Source: an uncultured Gemmatimonadales bacterium
Lineage (GTDB): Bacteria > Gemmatimonadota > Gemmatimonadetes > Gemmatimonadales > Gemmatimonadaceae
DNA: 64,000 nt
Assembly: GCA_963793305.1 (NCBI GenBank)
Contig: CAWBZV010000002.1
Location: forward strand, 576,001-640,000
Direction of reading: 5' to 3'
Position numbers and translations under genes: made by a program. Below the pieces are notes generated by a model. That model saw only the letters and a program-made list of their open reading frames with translations, made no database searches and was not told where the DNA came from. Position 1 is the first letter of the stretch, and the number at the start of each line of letters is the position of its first letter. Of the stretch, positions 51,223 through 60,404 are shown in pieces.

Positions 51223-52502
51223 TACAGGAAGGCTCGGACTGGAGTGGGAAAAATGGGTGGGCGTGGCGTGTCCGGCGGCCAACCGCGGAGACACTCCATG
51301 ATAGGGCCGCAGACACGGCCTTGGCATGGGCCCATCCCGATCCTCGTGTAAAGCTTCGCCTGGCGCTGCGTCCAGGCAGGATCGAGCGCGCCGTACGGGA
51401 CGCCCTCGCAACGGCAGACGATGGTCTCCGCTTCCGCGAGCGCGCGGACTTCGGGGCGGATCGCGAAGGCTGCGTCCAGACGTTGCGCGAACGCGTGGTG
51501 GCGCGAGCGAGCCTCACCGAGGACCGCGTCCGGCGCGACTCCGGCTGCCGCGCACCCGGCAATCGCGCCCTCGACGAGCGCGGCGTCTACGCCACTGATC
51601 CCGGTCGGCTCACCCGCGCAGAAGATGCCCGGCACACTGGTCGCCTGACGTTCATCGACATCCACCGCGCCGTCGCGAATCGCGCATCCCGCGAGCCGCG
51701 CCAACTCGGTCGATGGCACCAACCCGTAGCCGGTGCACAACACGTTGCAGGTCACGCGCTGCCCGTCGGACAGCATGACGTTGAGACCCGATGGAGATAC
51801 CGAGACCTGCGTGGCCCATGTGCCGGACCGAAATGGGGCGCCGACGAACGCCGAGCGATAGGCGATTGCGTCGAGTATCCGGCCGGGCGTTCGCCACAGT
51901 CCCGCGGCGAATCGAGCCATGCGCCGCGCCGAAGCCTGTTCGGCCACCAGGACAATGCGCGCCCCCGCCCGCGCCAAGGCCGCGGCCACCGTGAGCATGA
52001 GCGGCCCCGAACCCGCAAGGACGACTCGTCGTCCGGCGAAATCAGCCGCTCCGTTCTTGAGCAGCGCCTGTGCACCGCCGATGCCAATGACGCCCGGCAA
52101 CGTCCACCCGGGAAACGGTAGATACCGCTCACGGGCGCCCGTCGCCAGCACAACCGTCCGACCACCGAACAGCGAGGAGTCGACTACTTCGCCGCCCGGC
52201 ACGAACTCGGCGCCACATCGATCGAATCGCTCGAGCCAACGCACGGCAACGCGGGGCAACGTGCGGCGATCTCGGTGCCGCCAGATCTGCCCTCCCGGCC
52301 GCTGCGCCGAGTCGAGCACCACGACGCGCCGGCCCGCCTCGGCCGCATGCACCGCCGCGGCAATGCCCGCGGGACCGGCGCCGACGATCATCACGTCGGC
52401 CGGATGCCCGGCACCCACCCACGAGGGTATGCGCTCCATGCACGCACGCCGCGGCACGCATTGGAAACACGTTCCCATACCACAGAGTGCGCCATCGATC
52501 AT
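51222..52502 (-). CDS. D-hydroxyproline dehydrogenase alpha-like flavoprotein with fused miniature Cys cluster
   Basis: LCGMGTCFQC..RRAC, GAGPAG, LATGARE..PFPGWTLPGV, VCRCE, TRIGMGPCQGRVC. Confidence 0.85.
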   Translation of the reverse strand: MIDGALCGMGTCFQCVPRRACMERIPSWVGAGHPADVMIVGAGPAGIAAAVHAAEAGRRVVVLDSAQRPGGQIWRHRDRRTLPRVAVRWLERFDRCGAEFVPGGEVVDSSLFGGRTVVLATGARERYLPFPGWTLPGVIGIGGAQALLKNGAADFAGRRVVLAGSGPLMLTVAAALARAGARIVLVAEQASARRMARFAAGLWRTPGRILDAIAYRSAFVGAPFRSGTWATQVSVSPSGLNVMLSDGQRVTCNVLCTGYGLVPSTELARLAGCAIRDGAVDVDERQATSVPGIFCAGEPTGISGVDAALVEGAIAGCAAAGVAPDAVLGEARSRHHAFAQRLDAAFAIRPEVRALAEAETIVCRCEGVPYGALDPAWTQRQAKLYTRIGMGPCQGRVCGPIMECLRGWPPDTPRPPIFPTPVRAFL

Positions 52503-53494
52503 ATGCGAGCCGGCGAGTACGGCGCGGGATCGATCGCCGTCGGCCGGCCCAGAATCAGGTCGGTCAAGAGACGACCCGTGCCGAGCGCCATGGTAATGCC
52601 GAGCCCTTCATGTCCGGCCGCGATCCACAGACCGGGCGTAGCCGGCCAAGCGCCAATGTAAGGCCGATGATCCGGCGTCGCCGGACGAAAGCCCGTCCAT
52701 ACGCGAAGGGCGGTGACGTCAGAGAGCGCCGGCATGAATTCCACCGCGCGCCGCACCATGCGACCGAGGATCTCGCGATTGATCGACGCATCCCATCCCA
52801 CCAACTCTCGCGATGATCCGATCAAGACCTGACCCGTCGAGCGCGGCTGCACGTTGAACGCCACGCACGCATCGCCCAACGTCTTCGCGCTTTGAACGTA
52901 TCCGAGCTCGGCCACTTGATGCCGGCACAACCCCGGCACACGATCGGTGATGAGCAAGTGGCCTTTGCGCGGGATGATCGGCAGGCCTGGTGTCAGCGTC
53001 GGGGCCCACGCACCGGCGGCATTCACGATCACATCGGCCTTCAGCCCATCAAGACGATCAACACGCGTGTGTTCTTTTACACGTAACCCGGCCAACAACC
53101 AACGCGTGAGCGCCGGTTGATACACGACGCCGTCAGTAGGCACGAGCACCGCGCCGGCGAGCCCCGGACGCAATGCGGGCTCTGCCTCGCGCAATGCTTT
53201 TTCATCGAGTAACTCGCCGCCGGTCATCGATAACTGGTCCGGCGTCTCGGCCACCCAGAGCGTGCCGCAGCGGTCCAAGCCGACATCAGGCGGAGAAAGC
53301 GACCATAACAACTTCTGTGAGTAGGCGGACAACGGATCATCATCAAAGACGACAACGTGTCCCATGCCCGCGGCGGTCGTCCCCGCGCCGGCGAACTCGG
53401 CCTCGAGCACGGTAACCGACAGGCCTTCCTGCGCGAGATAGTACGCGCACGCGGCGCCAATGATGCCCGCGCCAACGACGATGACGTCCGTCAC
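52499..53494 (-). CDS. FAD-dependent D-amino-acid oxidase family, D-hydroxyproline dehydrogenase beta-like subunit
   Basis: VVGAGIIG, GTTAAGMGH, PRKGHL, NVQPR.TGQ.LIGSSR, GHEGLGIT. Confidence 0.88.
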   Translation of the reverse strand: MTDVIVVGAGIIGAACAYYLAQEGLSVTVLEAEFAGAGTTAAGMGHVVVFDDDPLSAYSQKLLWSLSPPDVGLDRCGTLWVAETPDQLSMTGGELLDEKALREAEPALRPGLAGAVLVPTDGVVYQPALTRWLLAGLRVKEHTRVDRLDGLKADVIVNAAGAWAPTLTPGLPIIPRKGHLLITDRVPGLCRHQVAELGYVQSAKTLGDACVAFNVQPRSTGQVLIGSSRELVGWDASINREILGRMVRRAVEFMPALSDVTALRVWTGFRPATPDHRPYIGAWPATPGLWIAAGHEGLGITMALGTGRLLTDLILGRPTAIDPAPYSPARI

Positions 53495-54420
53495 ACCTCA
53501 GGGAATCCGGCGCGAAACGGATCAGCAGTGTCGAAGCGCAACGTCGTCTCGCCCGTGACGAACGCATGCCCACGGATGAACGGGATGAGCTCCCCATCGC
53601 GTTGCTCGAGCCAACTCGTGAACCGCCCACCCGTGATGCTCTCCGGCTCGAAGACCTGACCAGGCGCGAGCAAACCCCGGGCATGAAGCGTCGCCAGCTT
53701 CGCCGAGGTACCCGTACCGCAGGGCGAGCGATCATACGCTCCGCCAGGACACATGACGAAGTTGCGCCCGTCCGGCGCCGAGAGCTCCACGTGGTCGATC
53801 TCGGCCCCATTCGCGCCCGTGATGCCCTGATCGCGCAGCGCATCCATGATGGCGATAGTGAGGCGCGATAGCTCCACCTGCCTGGCCATCGTGAGCGGCT
53901 GATCGGCCAGGTGCGTGATGAAGAACCAGTTCCCACCATACGCGATGTCGCCGACAATACGACCCAAGCCGGGCACGTGCACGGCGACATCGCATGCGTG
54001 ACACCGCGCCGCCACGTTGCGGATGGTGACGGTGCCATCGGCACCCAACTCGGCCGCCACGGTTCCCACCGGCGTGTCGAGCGTCACGGTACCAGCAGAA
54101 AGCCGGCCGAGATACTCCAGGGTGCGCACGACGCCGATCGTACCGTGACCGCACATGCCGAGATACCCGACGTTGTTGAAAAAAATGACGCCGGCAATCG
54201 AGTTGGGTTCGGTCGGGGGCGTCAACATCGCACCGACCAGCGCATCATGCCCCCGCGGCTCACAAATGACCGCCCGTCGCAGATGATCCGCATCCCGCCG
54301 CATCGATTCACGCCGCGCCGCCATCGTATCGCCGGACGGCTGTGGCCAGCCGTCGAGCACGACACGAGTCGGCTCGCCTTCAGTGTGGGAATCGATGACC
54401 CGAATGGACGCAGGGAACAT
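53491..54420 (-). CDS. Proline racemase family, probable 4-hydroxyproline 2-epimerase
   Basis: IDSHTEGEPTR, GMCGHGTIG, AYGGNWF, YDRSPCGTGTSAK. Confidence 0.92.
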   Translation of the reverse strand: MFPASIRVIDSHTEGEPTRVVLDGWPQPSGDTMAARRESMRRDADHLRRAVICEPRGHDALVGAMLTPPTEPNSIAGVIFFNNVGYLGMCGHGTIGVVRTLEYLGRLSAGTVTLDTPVGTVAAELGADGTVTIRNVAARCHACDVAVHVPGLGRIVGDIAYGGNWFFITHLADQPLTMARQVELSRLTIAIMDALRDQGITGANGAEIDHVELSAPDGRNFVMCPGGAYDRSPCGTGTSAKLATLHARGLLAPGQVFEPESITGGRFTSWLEQRDGELIPFIRGHAFVTGETTLRFDTADPFRAGFPEV

Positions 54421-54495
54421 GAGTCGAAGTCCAAATTTGGCGGCGGGGGCCGTTTTGTCCAATCGGTCGCCTTGAGATCCGACGCATCGTGCGTC

Positions 54496-55134
54496 ATGCG
54501 ATTCGCCTTGCTCCTCTCCCTCGTCGCCACGCCCGCTTTCGTCCTGTCGCTCGATTCGACGAAGGGGCTCACGCCAATCCGCGCCACAGTCAGCGCCGTC
54601 ACCTATCACAACCGCCGCGCGGTAAAGCTGACCGACACCGGCGACGGCGGCATGGCGCTCGTCAACGACCTGGACTTCCACTCCGGTACGATCGTCGTGC
54701 ACGTCGCCGCGGTGCCGGTCCCGACAATCGACACCTCGTCCCGCGGGTTCGTAGGTCTTGCGTTCCGTAGCTCGGCCGACGGGAATCGATACGAGAACCT
54801 GTACCTGCGCATGACCAACGGCCGCGCCGACGACCAGCTCAGGCGCAACCACTCGGCGCAGTACGAATCGATTCCCGACGCTCCGTGGCACACGCTCCGC
54901 GAGAAGAGCCCCGGGAAATACGAGTCATACGTCGACCTCCGGGCCGGCGAGTGGACGACCATTCGTATCGTCGTTCACGGCAACCACGCGGAGCTCTTCG
55001 TGAACGACGCCGATCAGCCCTGCCTCGTCGTCAGCGATCTCATGCTCGGCGACACGCACGGACGGATCGCCCTATGGATCGGCCCGGGCACGATCGGCTA
55101 CTTCTCGCGCCTGACGGTCGAAGCGGCGCCCTAA
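54496..55134 (+). CDS. Secreted DUF1080/ConA-like hypothetical protein
   Basis: Signal peptide; RGFVGLAFR, YLR..NGRADDQLRRNH, GKYESY, GRIALW. Confidence 0.7.
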   Translation: MRFALLLSLVATPAFVLSLDSTKGLTPIRATVSAVTYHNRRAVKLTDTGDGGMALVNDLDFHSGTIVVHVAAVPVPTIDTSSRGFVGLAFRSSADGNRYENLYLRMTNGRADDQLRRNHSAQYESIPDAPWHTLREKSPGKYESYVDLRAGEWTTIRIVVHGNHAELFVNDADQPCLVVSDLMLGDTHGRIALWIGPGTIGYFSRLTVEAAP

Positions 55135-55904
55135 CGCATCGCGCTCACGACGCGCGAGGTCAGGAATGTCACGGTGTCGAAGCCGTGGGCGCGTAGGCGA
55201 GCTTCGAGTACATCGGGTTCGATACGCGTCAGCCACGGCTCACCGGCGGCCGCGGCACGCTCGGCGATCTCATCGGACTCGTCGGGCGCCTTGGGAGCCG
55301 TGAACGTAAAGACGATTTCGCTCAGGGGTGGCAGCGCGGCCACGAATGCAAACACCGCGTCGACAGCGGATTCCGTGAGATAGACCATGACGCCGAGCCA
55401 GGACACGAATGTCGCGGCGCGTGGATCGAAGCCGGAGGCCGCGAGGCCGTCCATGAGCGACGTCGTCTCGAAGTCGATCGCGACGTGCTCCACGTTCGGC
55501 GGCACAACAATGCCGGCGCCCGCCAAACGCGCTCGCTTGGCGTCGCGGCTCGCGGGATGATCGACCTCGAAGACGCGAAGGGGCGCGGCCCACGCGGGTT
55601 GCCGATACGCGAACGTGTCATATCCCGCGCCGAGGACGATGCATTGGCGGACCCCTCGGGCGACGGCCTCGGCCAGCCGATCCTCGGCGTGCCGGCTTCG
55701 CGCGACGACGTGGAGGAGAAGCCGCCGCACCGGCGGCGCGTCGAAGCGCTCCGGATTCGCCCGAATGCGATCGATGACCTCCGGCTCGAGGAGGCGCAAG
55801 ACGACCGGGTCCTCGAGGATGTGCGGAGGGCTGTCGAGCAACTGGTGCGCGGCCCGGAGCGTCGCGACGGCAAGCGCGGTCGCGCTCGCGGCGCGATCCG
55901 TCAC
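55131..55904 (-). CDS. LCM-family class I SAM-dependent methyltransferase
   Basis: TAL.VA.LRA.H, VLGAGYDT, VFEVDHP, SWLGVMVYL; GTG start overlaps the upstream TGA. Confidence 0.9.
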   Translation of the reverse strand: MTDRAASATALAVATLRAAHQLLDSPPHILEDPVVLRLLEPEVIDRIRANPERFDAPPVRRLLLHVVARSRHAEDRLAEAVARGVRQCIVLGAGYDTFAYRQPAWAAPLRVFEVDHPASRDAKRARLAGAGIVVPPNVEHVAIDFETTSLMDGLAASGFDPRAATFVSWLGVMVYLTESAVDAVFAFVAALPPLSEIVFTFTAPKAPDESDEIAERAAAAGEPWLTRIEPDVLEARLRAHGFDTVTFLTSRVVSAMR

Positions 55905-56152
55905 GGCAGCGGCAGCGCCTGCCGGTCGACGAGAGTCTTCGTCAGAAGCTGCTGCGCGTCCGTCATGCGGCTGAGCTCCGCGGTGACGTCGTCGAGCGCA
56001 ACTTCGACGCGCGCGAGCCGGTTCTCGAAACTGGCGACCGTCGCCGCCGCCACATTCTTGCGTCCGTTGAGCCACAGCCGAACGAGGGTTATCAACGTCG
56101 CGCCGCCGATCGCCATCGACAAGACAGCGACGATCGCATCATTCTGATCCAC
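55901..56152 (-). CDS. TM + coiled-coil paralog 6
   Basis: GGAGG RBS with GTG; ENRLARVEVALDD..ELSRMTDAQQL. Confidence 0.8.
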   Translation of the reverse strand: MDQNDAIVAVLSMAIGGATLITLVRLWLNGRKNVAAATVASFENRLARVEVALDDVTAELSRMTDAQQLLTKTLVDRQALPLP

Positions 56153-56402
56153 GCGACACCTCCGCCGGCAACCCACGTTGAGTGAGCGCCGCCGTCAAGA
56201 ACCGGTGCGACTCGGTCATCCGGCCGATCTCGGCCGACATATCATCGATCGCGACTTCCAGGCGCGCGAGGCGCATCTCGACGTCACCCGACGGCTTGGC
56301 TTTGACAAGGCGTGACTTGTACCAGTAATGCGCGACGCCGACGACCATTCCCGACAGTGACATGAAGACAAAGACCGCGGCAACGGCGTCAGGCCCCCCC
56401 AT
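56139..56402 (-). CDS. TM + coiled-coil paralog 5
   Basis: EMRLARLEVAIDDM..EIGRMTESHRF. Confidence 0.8.
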   Translation of the reverse strand: MGGPDAVAAVFVFMSLSGMVVGVAHYWYKSRLVKAKPSGDVEMRLARLEVAIDDMSAEIGRMTESHRFLTAALTQRGLPAEVSRGSE

Positions 56403-56655
56403 GCGCGGCCTCCGACGATCTCTCCGCCAGAAGTTTCGTGACGAACTGCTGCCCTTCGGTCACCCGCGTCAACTCGGCGGCCATGTCGTCAATGGCAACC
56501 TCGAGCCGCGCGAGCCGCATCTCGACATCGGCCGGTGCCCTGATCCGCTCGTTCTTCAATCGCACCAACTTCGTGACGTAGTGACCGGCGCCGATCACGA
56601 CCAACGCGATCGACGCAAAGAAGACCATCCCCGCGAATGCCTCAGCGGGATTCAC
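56389..56655 (-). CDS. TM + coiled-coil paralog 4
   Basis: EMRLARLEVAIDDM..ELTRVTEGQQF. Confidence 0.82.
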   Translation of the reverse strand: MNPAEAFAGMVFFASIALVVIGAGHYVTKLVRLKNERIRAPADVEMRLARLEVAIDDMAAELTRVTEGQQFVTKLLAERSSEAAHGGA

Positions 56656-56893
56656 GAATCATCTCCGGGGACCGGTCGGCGAGCAGTTTGTTCGTGAACT
56701 GCTGACCTTCGGTCACACGCGACAGCTCTGAGGTGAGATCGTCGATCGCGACCTCCAGCCGTGCGAGGCGCTTCTCAATACCGTCGAGCGCCTCCGGCTT
56801 GGACTGCTGCGTCCCATACTTGACGCCGACCCATATCCAGATCGTGACGGCGACGATCGAGAACACGACGATGAAGACGACTTCCGGCGGCAT
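56642..56893 (-). CDS. TM + coiled-coil paralog 3
   Basis: EKRLARLEVAIDDL..ELSRVTEGQQF. Confidence 0.82.
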   Translation of the reverse strand: MPPEVVFIVVFSIVAVTIWIWVGVKYGTQQSKPEALDGIEKRLARLEVAIDDLTSELSRVTEGQQFTNKLLADRSPEMIRESR

Positions 56894-57168
56894 CAGCGGG
56901 ATTCCCGCGACGGCAGCGCCCCGACGGCGCCCCGCTCAGTCAAGACGTTCGTCAAGAACTGCTGCCCTTCGGTGACCCGCCCGATCGCGCCGGTGAGATC
57001 ATCGATCGCGACCTCGACCCGTGCGAGGCGCTTCTCATAGGCCTCCAGCGCGCTTGCCGAAGCGCCGCGTTTCGATACCTGCTTGACCATCTCGATAATA
57101 AACCCCATGCCACAGGCGATCGCGACAATGGCGACGACCATATCGAAGGGGTTATTGACGAAATGCAT
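56893..57168 (-). CDS. TM + coiled-coil paralog 2
   Basis: GGAGGAG RBS; EKRLARVEVAIDDL..AIGRVTEGQQF. Confidence 0.82.
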   Translation of the reverse strand: MHFVNNPFDMVVAIVAIACGMGFIIEMVKQVSKRGASASALEAYEKRLARVEVAIDDLTGAIGRVTEGQQFLTNVLTERGAVGALPSRESR

Positions 57169-57180
57169 AGTCGCTCCTCC

Positions 57181-57444
57181 CTACGGTCCGAGGCGCCTCG
57201 AGGTTTCGGGGTCCGCCAGGACCTTCGTTAAGAACTGCTGGCCCTCGCCAATCTTGGTGATTTCGCCAGCAAGATCATCCAGTGCGACTTCAACGCGTGC
57301 CAGGCGCCGTTCCAGCGACTCCAGCGCCTCCGGTCCCGCCGAGGAACTGCGCTTGTAGCCGATCCACTTCGAGCCGATGACCAGAACGGCGATCATGCCG
57401 AACATCGAGACGGGTACGGCGACTTCCGGTCCGATATACATCAT
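57181..57444 (-). CDS. TM + coiled-coil paralog 1
   Basis: ATGA overlap with the uvrA stop; ERRLARVEVALDDL..EITKIGEGQQF. Confidence 0.82.
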   Translation of the reverse strand: MMYIGPEVAVPVSMFGMIAVLVIGSKWIGYKRSSSAGPEALESLERRLARVEVALDDLAGEITKIGEGQQFLTKVLADPETSRRLGP

Positions 57445-60288
57445 ATCGTATCTAACGTCATCGCGAACCGCGCGGTGTCAACTGGCTTGCTCGGCCTCGG
57501 CAGGACCGTGCGAAGCCAGCGTCCGGTATGAGACGACTCGACCGCGGCCACGTCCTCGGGCCGGCCCATGGCGACGACCCGTCCACCGTGCATACCGGCC
57601 TCGGGCCCGAGGTCGATGACCCAGTCCGCCAGCTTGATCACATCCAGGTTGTGCTCGATCAGGACCAGCGTATGACCCTGATCGACCAACCGGTCCAGCA
57701 CGTTGGCCAGCCGGCGAATGTCTTCGAGGTGCAGGCCAGTCGTCGGCTCATCGAGAATGTAGAGCTTCCGCCCACCCGATCGCGCGGATGCCGCGAGCTC
57801 ACGGGCGATCTTGATCCGCTGTGCCTCGCCACCAGACAGCGTGGTGGCGGGTTGTCCCAAGTGGAGATAGCCGAGTCCGACTCGCTGCAACTGCCACAAC
57901 GTCGACGTCAGACGATCTTGACCGTGAAAGAATCGCACGGCTTCCTCGACGGTGAGGTCGAGCACCTGCGCGATGTTCTTGTTCTTGACCGTCACTTCCA
58001 GCACATCCGACCGGAATCGCCGCCCACCACACACGTCGCATGGAACGAACACGTCGGCCATGAACACCATCTCGACCTCGATATACCCCGCGCCCTCGCA
58101 GTTCTCGCATCGCCCGCCCGCGACGTTGAACGAGAATGTGCCCGGCGTATACCGCCGCTCCCGCGCCAATGCGGTGTCGGCAAAGAGACGCCGAATCTCA
58201 TCGTAGGCCTTGATGTACGTCACGGGATTGGATCGCGGAGATCTCCCGATCGGAGCCTGGTCGATCAGCACGACGTCATCGAACGACTCTGCGCCCGTTA
58301 GAGACGTATAGCTGCCGACCGGCTCACCCAAGTGGCGTTTCGCCGAGTTGTCTCCTCGCAGCCGCGTCTCCAATGCCCTGTACAACACATCGTGCACGAG
58401 CGTGCTTTTCCCCGAGCCCGACACGCCGGTGACGACCGTCAGCGCACCAATAGGGATGCGAATGTCGACGCCCTGCAAATTGTGCTGGCGTGCGCCAGTC
58501 AGGGTCAGCCACGGAGGACCGACGGGCCGTCTCTTCGGAATCGGGATCGTCCGGAGGCCGGTGAGATATTGGCCGGTCAGCGGACTCTCGCTCGCCCGGG
58601 AAATCGGGCCGGCGAAGACGATACGGCCGCCGTTATCCCCGCTGCCTGGCCCCAGCTCGATCATGTAGTCCGCATGCCGCACCGCTTCGAGATCGTGCTC
58701 GACGACCAGGACGGTATTTCCGGCATCGCGAAGCCGCATCAATAATCTCAATAACCGATCGATATCCCTCGGGTGCAGCCCGATGGATGGCTCGTCGAGC
58801 ACATACAGCGTGTCGACCAACCGTGAGCCGAGCGAGTTGGCGAGCGCGATACGTTGTGCTTCGCCGCCCGAGAGCGTTCGCGCGGCTCGATTCAATGAGA
58901 GGTAGCCGAGTCCGACGTCGACGAGAAACTGGAGCCGGTCGCGCGCCTCTCTGAGCACCGTCGTCGCGATCGTTTGCTCGAACGGCGTCAGTGGCAGGCC
59001 GTCGAGCCACGGCAACAGGACGTCGACCGGCAACTCGGCCACTTCGGCGATCGTGCGGTCGGCGATGCGCACGTGCAGCGCGGCCGGCTGCAGCTTCGCG
59101 CCGTGGCACGACGGGCAGACCCTCGCCGATTGATACTGCCGCAGAAAGACCCTGATGTATTGCTTGTAGCGCTTCGTCTCGAGGCGTTTCAAGAACGGGA
59201 AGATGCCGACGTACGGCTTCGTCTGGCCGCGGATCGGTGCGTTGAGCAGCACCTGGCGCTGCTCGGCCGTCAGATCGCGCCACGGAACGTTCAGCGGGAT
59301 CTTTTCGCGCCGCGCAAAGTCGGCGAGCGTCCGGCGCGTGCCGTCGTAGCGTGGCTTCTCCCACGGATCGATCGCGCCATCGCTCAGCGTCTTGCTCGGG
59401 TCAGGGACGATCAGCGACTCATCGTACTCCAGCACCGCGCCAAACCCGTTACAGGTCGGACAGGCGCCTCTCGGATTATTGAATGAGAAGAGCTGCGGCG
59501 TCGGCTCGGGGGCCACGGTGCCATCGTTTGGACACTCGAAGCGTTCGGTATACCGGTGCTCGACGTCGCCGACCAGGATCACGCAGTCGCCGTCACCTTC
59601 GGCGAACGCCGTTCCCACCGCATCGGCTAGGCGGGATGCGATGTCGGGGCCCATGACGAGGCGGTCGACGACCACCAGCGGGTTCACCGCCGTTGTCAGG
59701 TCGATCGCCCAGGTCTTGCAGCTCTTGCAGTTCGCGCATAGCGCCGCCCACGCTGACGCGAACGAACCCCCGCGCTTGCAGGTTCTCGACGACGACGGCG
59801 TGAGATACTTGATCGGAAACCCGGAGAGGGAAGGCGACAGCGAACCGGGTTCCCGCCGCGAAGGCCAGAACGGCGTCAGTGACCGATTGAACCGTGGAGG
59901 GCCGCAACTCGCGGCCGCACACGGAACAGAACGTGTGCCCGATGCGAGCCCACAGCAGCCGGAGATAGTCGTAGATCTCCGTGGCCGTGCCAACCGTGGA
60001 GCGCGATGTCTTGGTCGGGTTCTTTTGCTCGATCGCGACGGCTGGAGACAGGCCGTCGACGATGTCGACGTCCGGCTTCTCCATCCGCTCCAGAAACTGC
60101 CGCGCGTAGGCCGACAGCGACTCGACGTAGCGCCGCTGCCCCTCGGCGTAGATGGTATCGAACGCGAGCGACGACTTCCCCGACCCCGACGGACCCGTGA
60201 TCACGGTCAGGGCTCGGCGGGGAATGTCGAGGTCGAGATTTTTCAGGTTGTGTTGCCGCGCACCGCGAACGATCAGCCGGTCCTTCAC
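57441..60288 (-). CDS. uvrA: Excinuclease ABC subunit A; apparent +1 frameshift near 59709
   Basis: GARQHNLK, GPSGSGKSSLAFDT, EGQRRY, FSFNNPRGAC, two LSGGEAQR, GVSGSGKST, DEPTTGLH. Confidence 0.95.
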
Positions 60289-60309
60289 ACCCGAAAGATA
60301 TCCGAAGAA

Positions 60310-60404
60310 GGGGGGTCCGGGGGGCGTAGTTGGGGTATGCCCCCCGGAGGCGAACCGACCAGTTGAGCGGCGCGAAGCGCTGCGTCAACGCGCCGCGGAG
60401 CGGC
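60310..60404 (+). repeat. G-run hairpin plus hairpin dispersed repeat copy B, upstream of uvrA
   Basis: TCCGGGGGGC...GCCCCCCGGA stem, then AACCGACCAGTTGAGCGGCGCGAAGCGCTGCGTCAACGCGCCGCGGAGCGGC. Confidence 0.8.

Noticed and set aside
51222..53494. HCN synthase (hcnABC)
   Set aside because: The subunits are homologous, but the flanking proline-racemase-family and DapA-family genes point to hydroxyproline catabolism.
55901..57444. CRISPR array or diversity-generating retroelement
   Set aside because: The repeats are degenerate and conserved at protein level. No identical short direct repeats, cas genes, reverse transcriptase or adenine-specific variation were seen.
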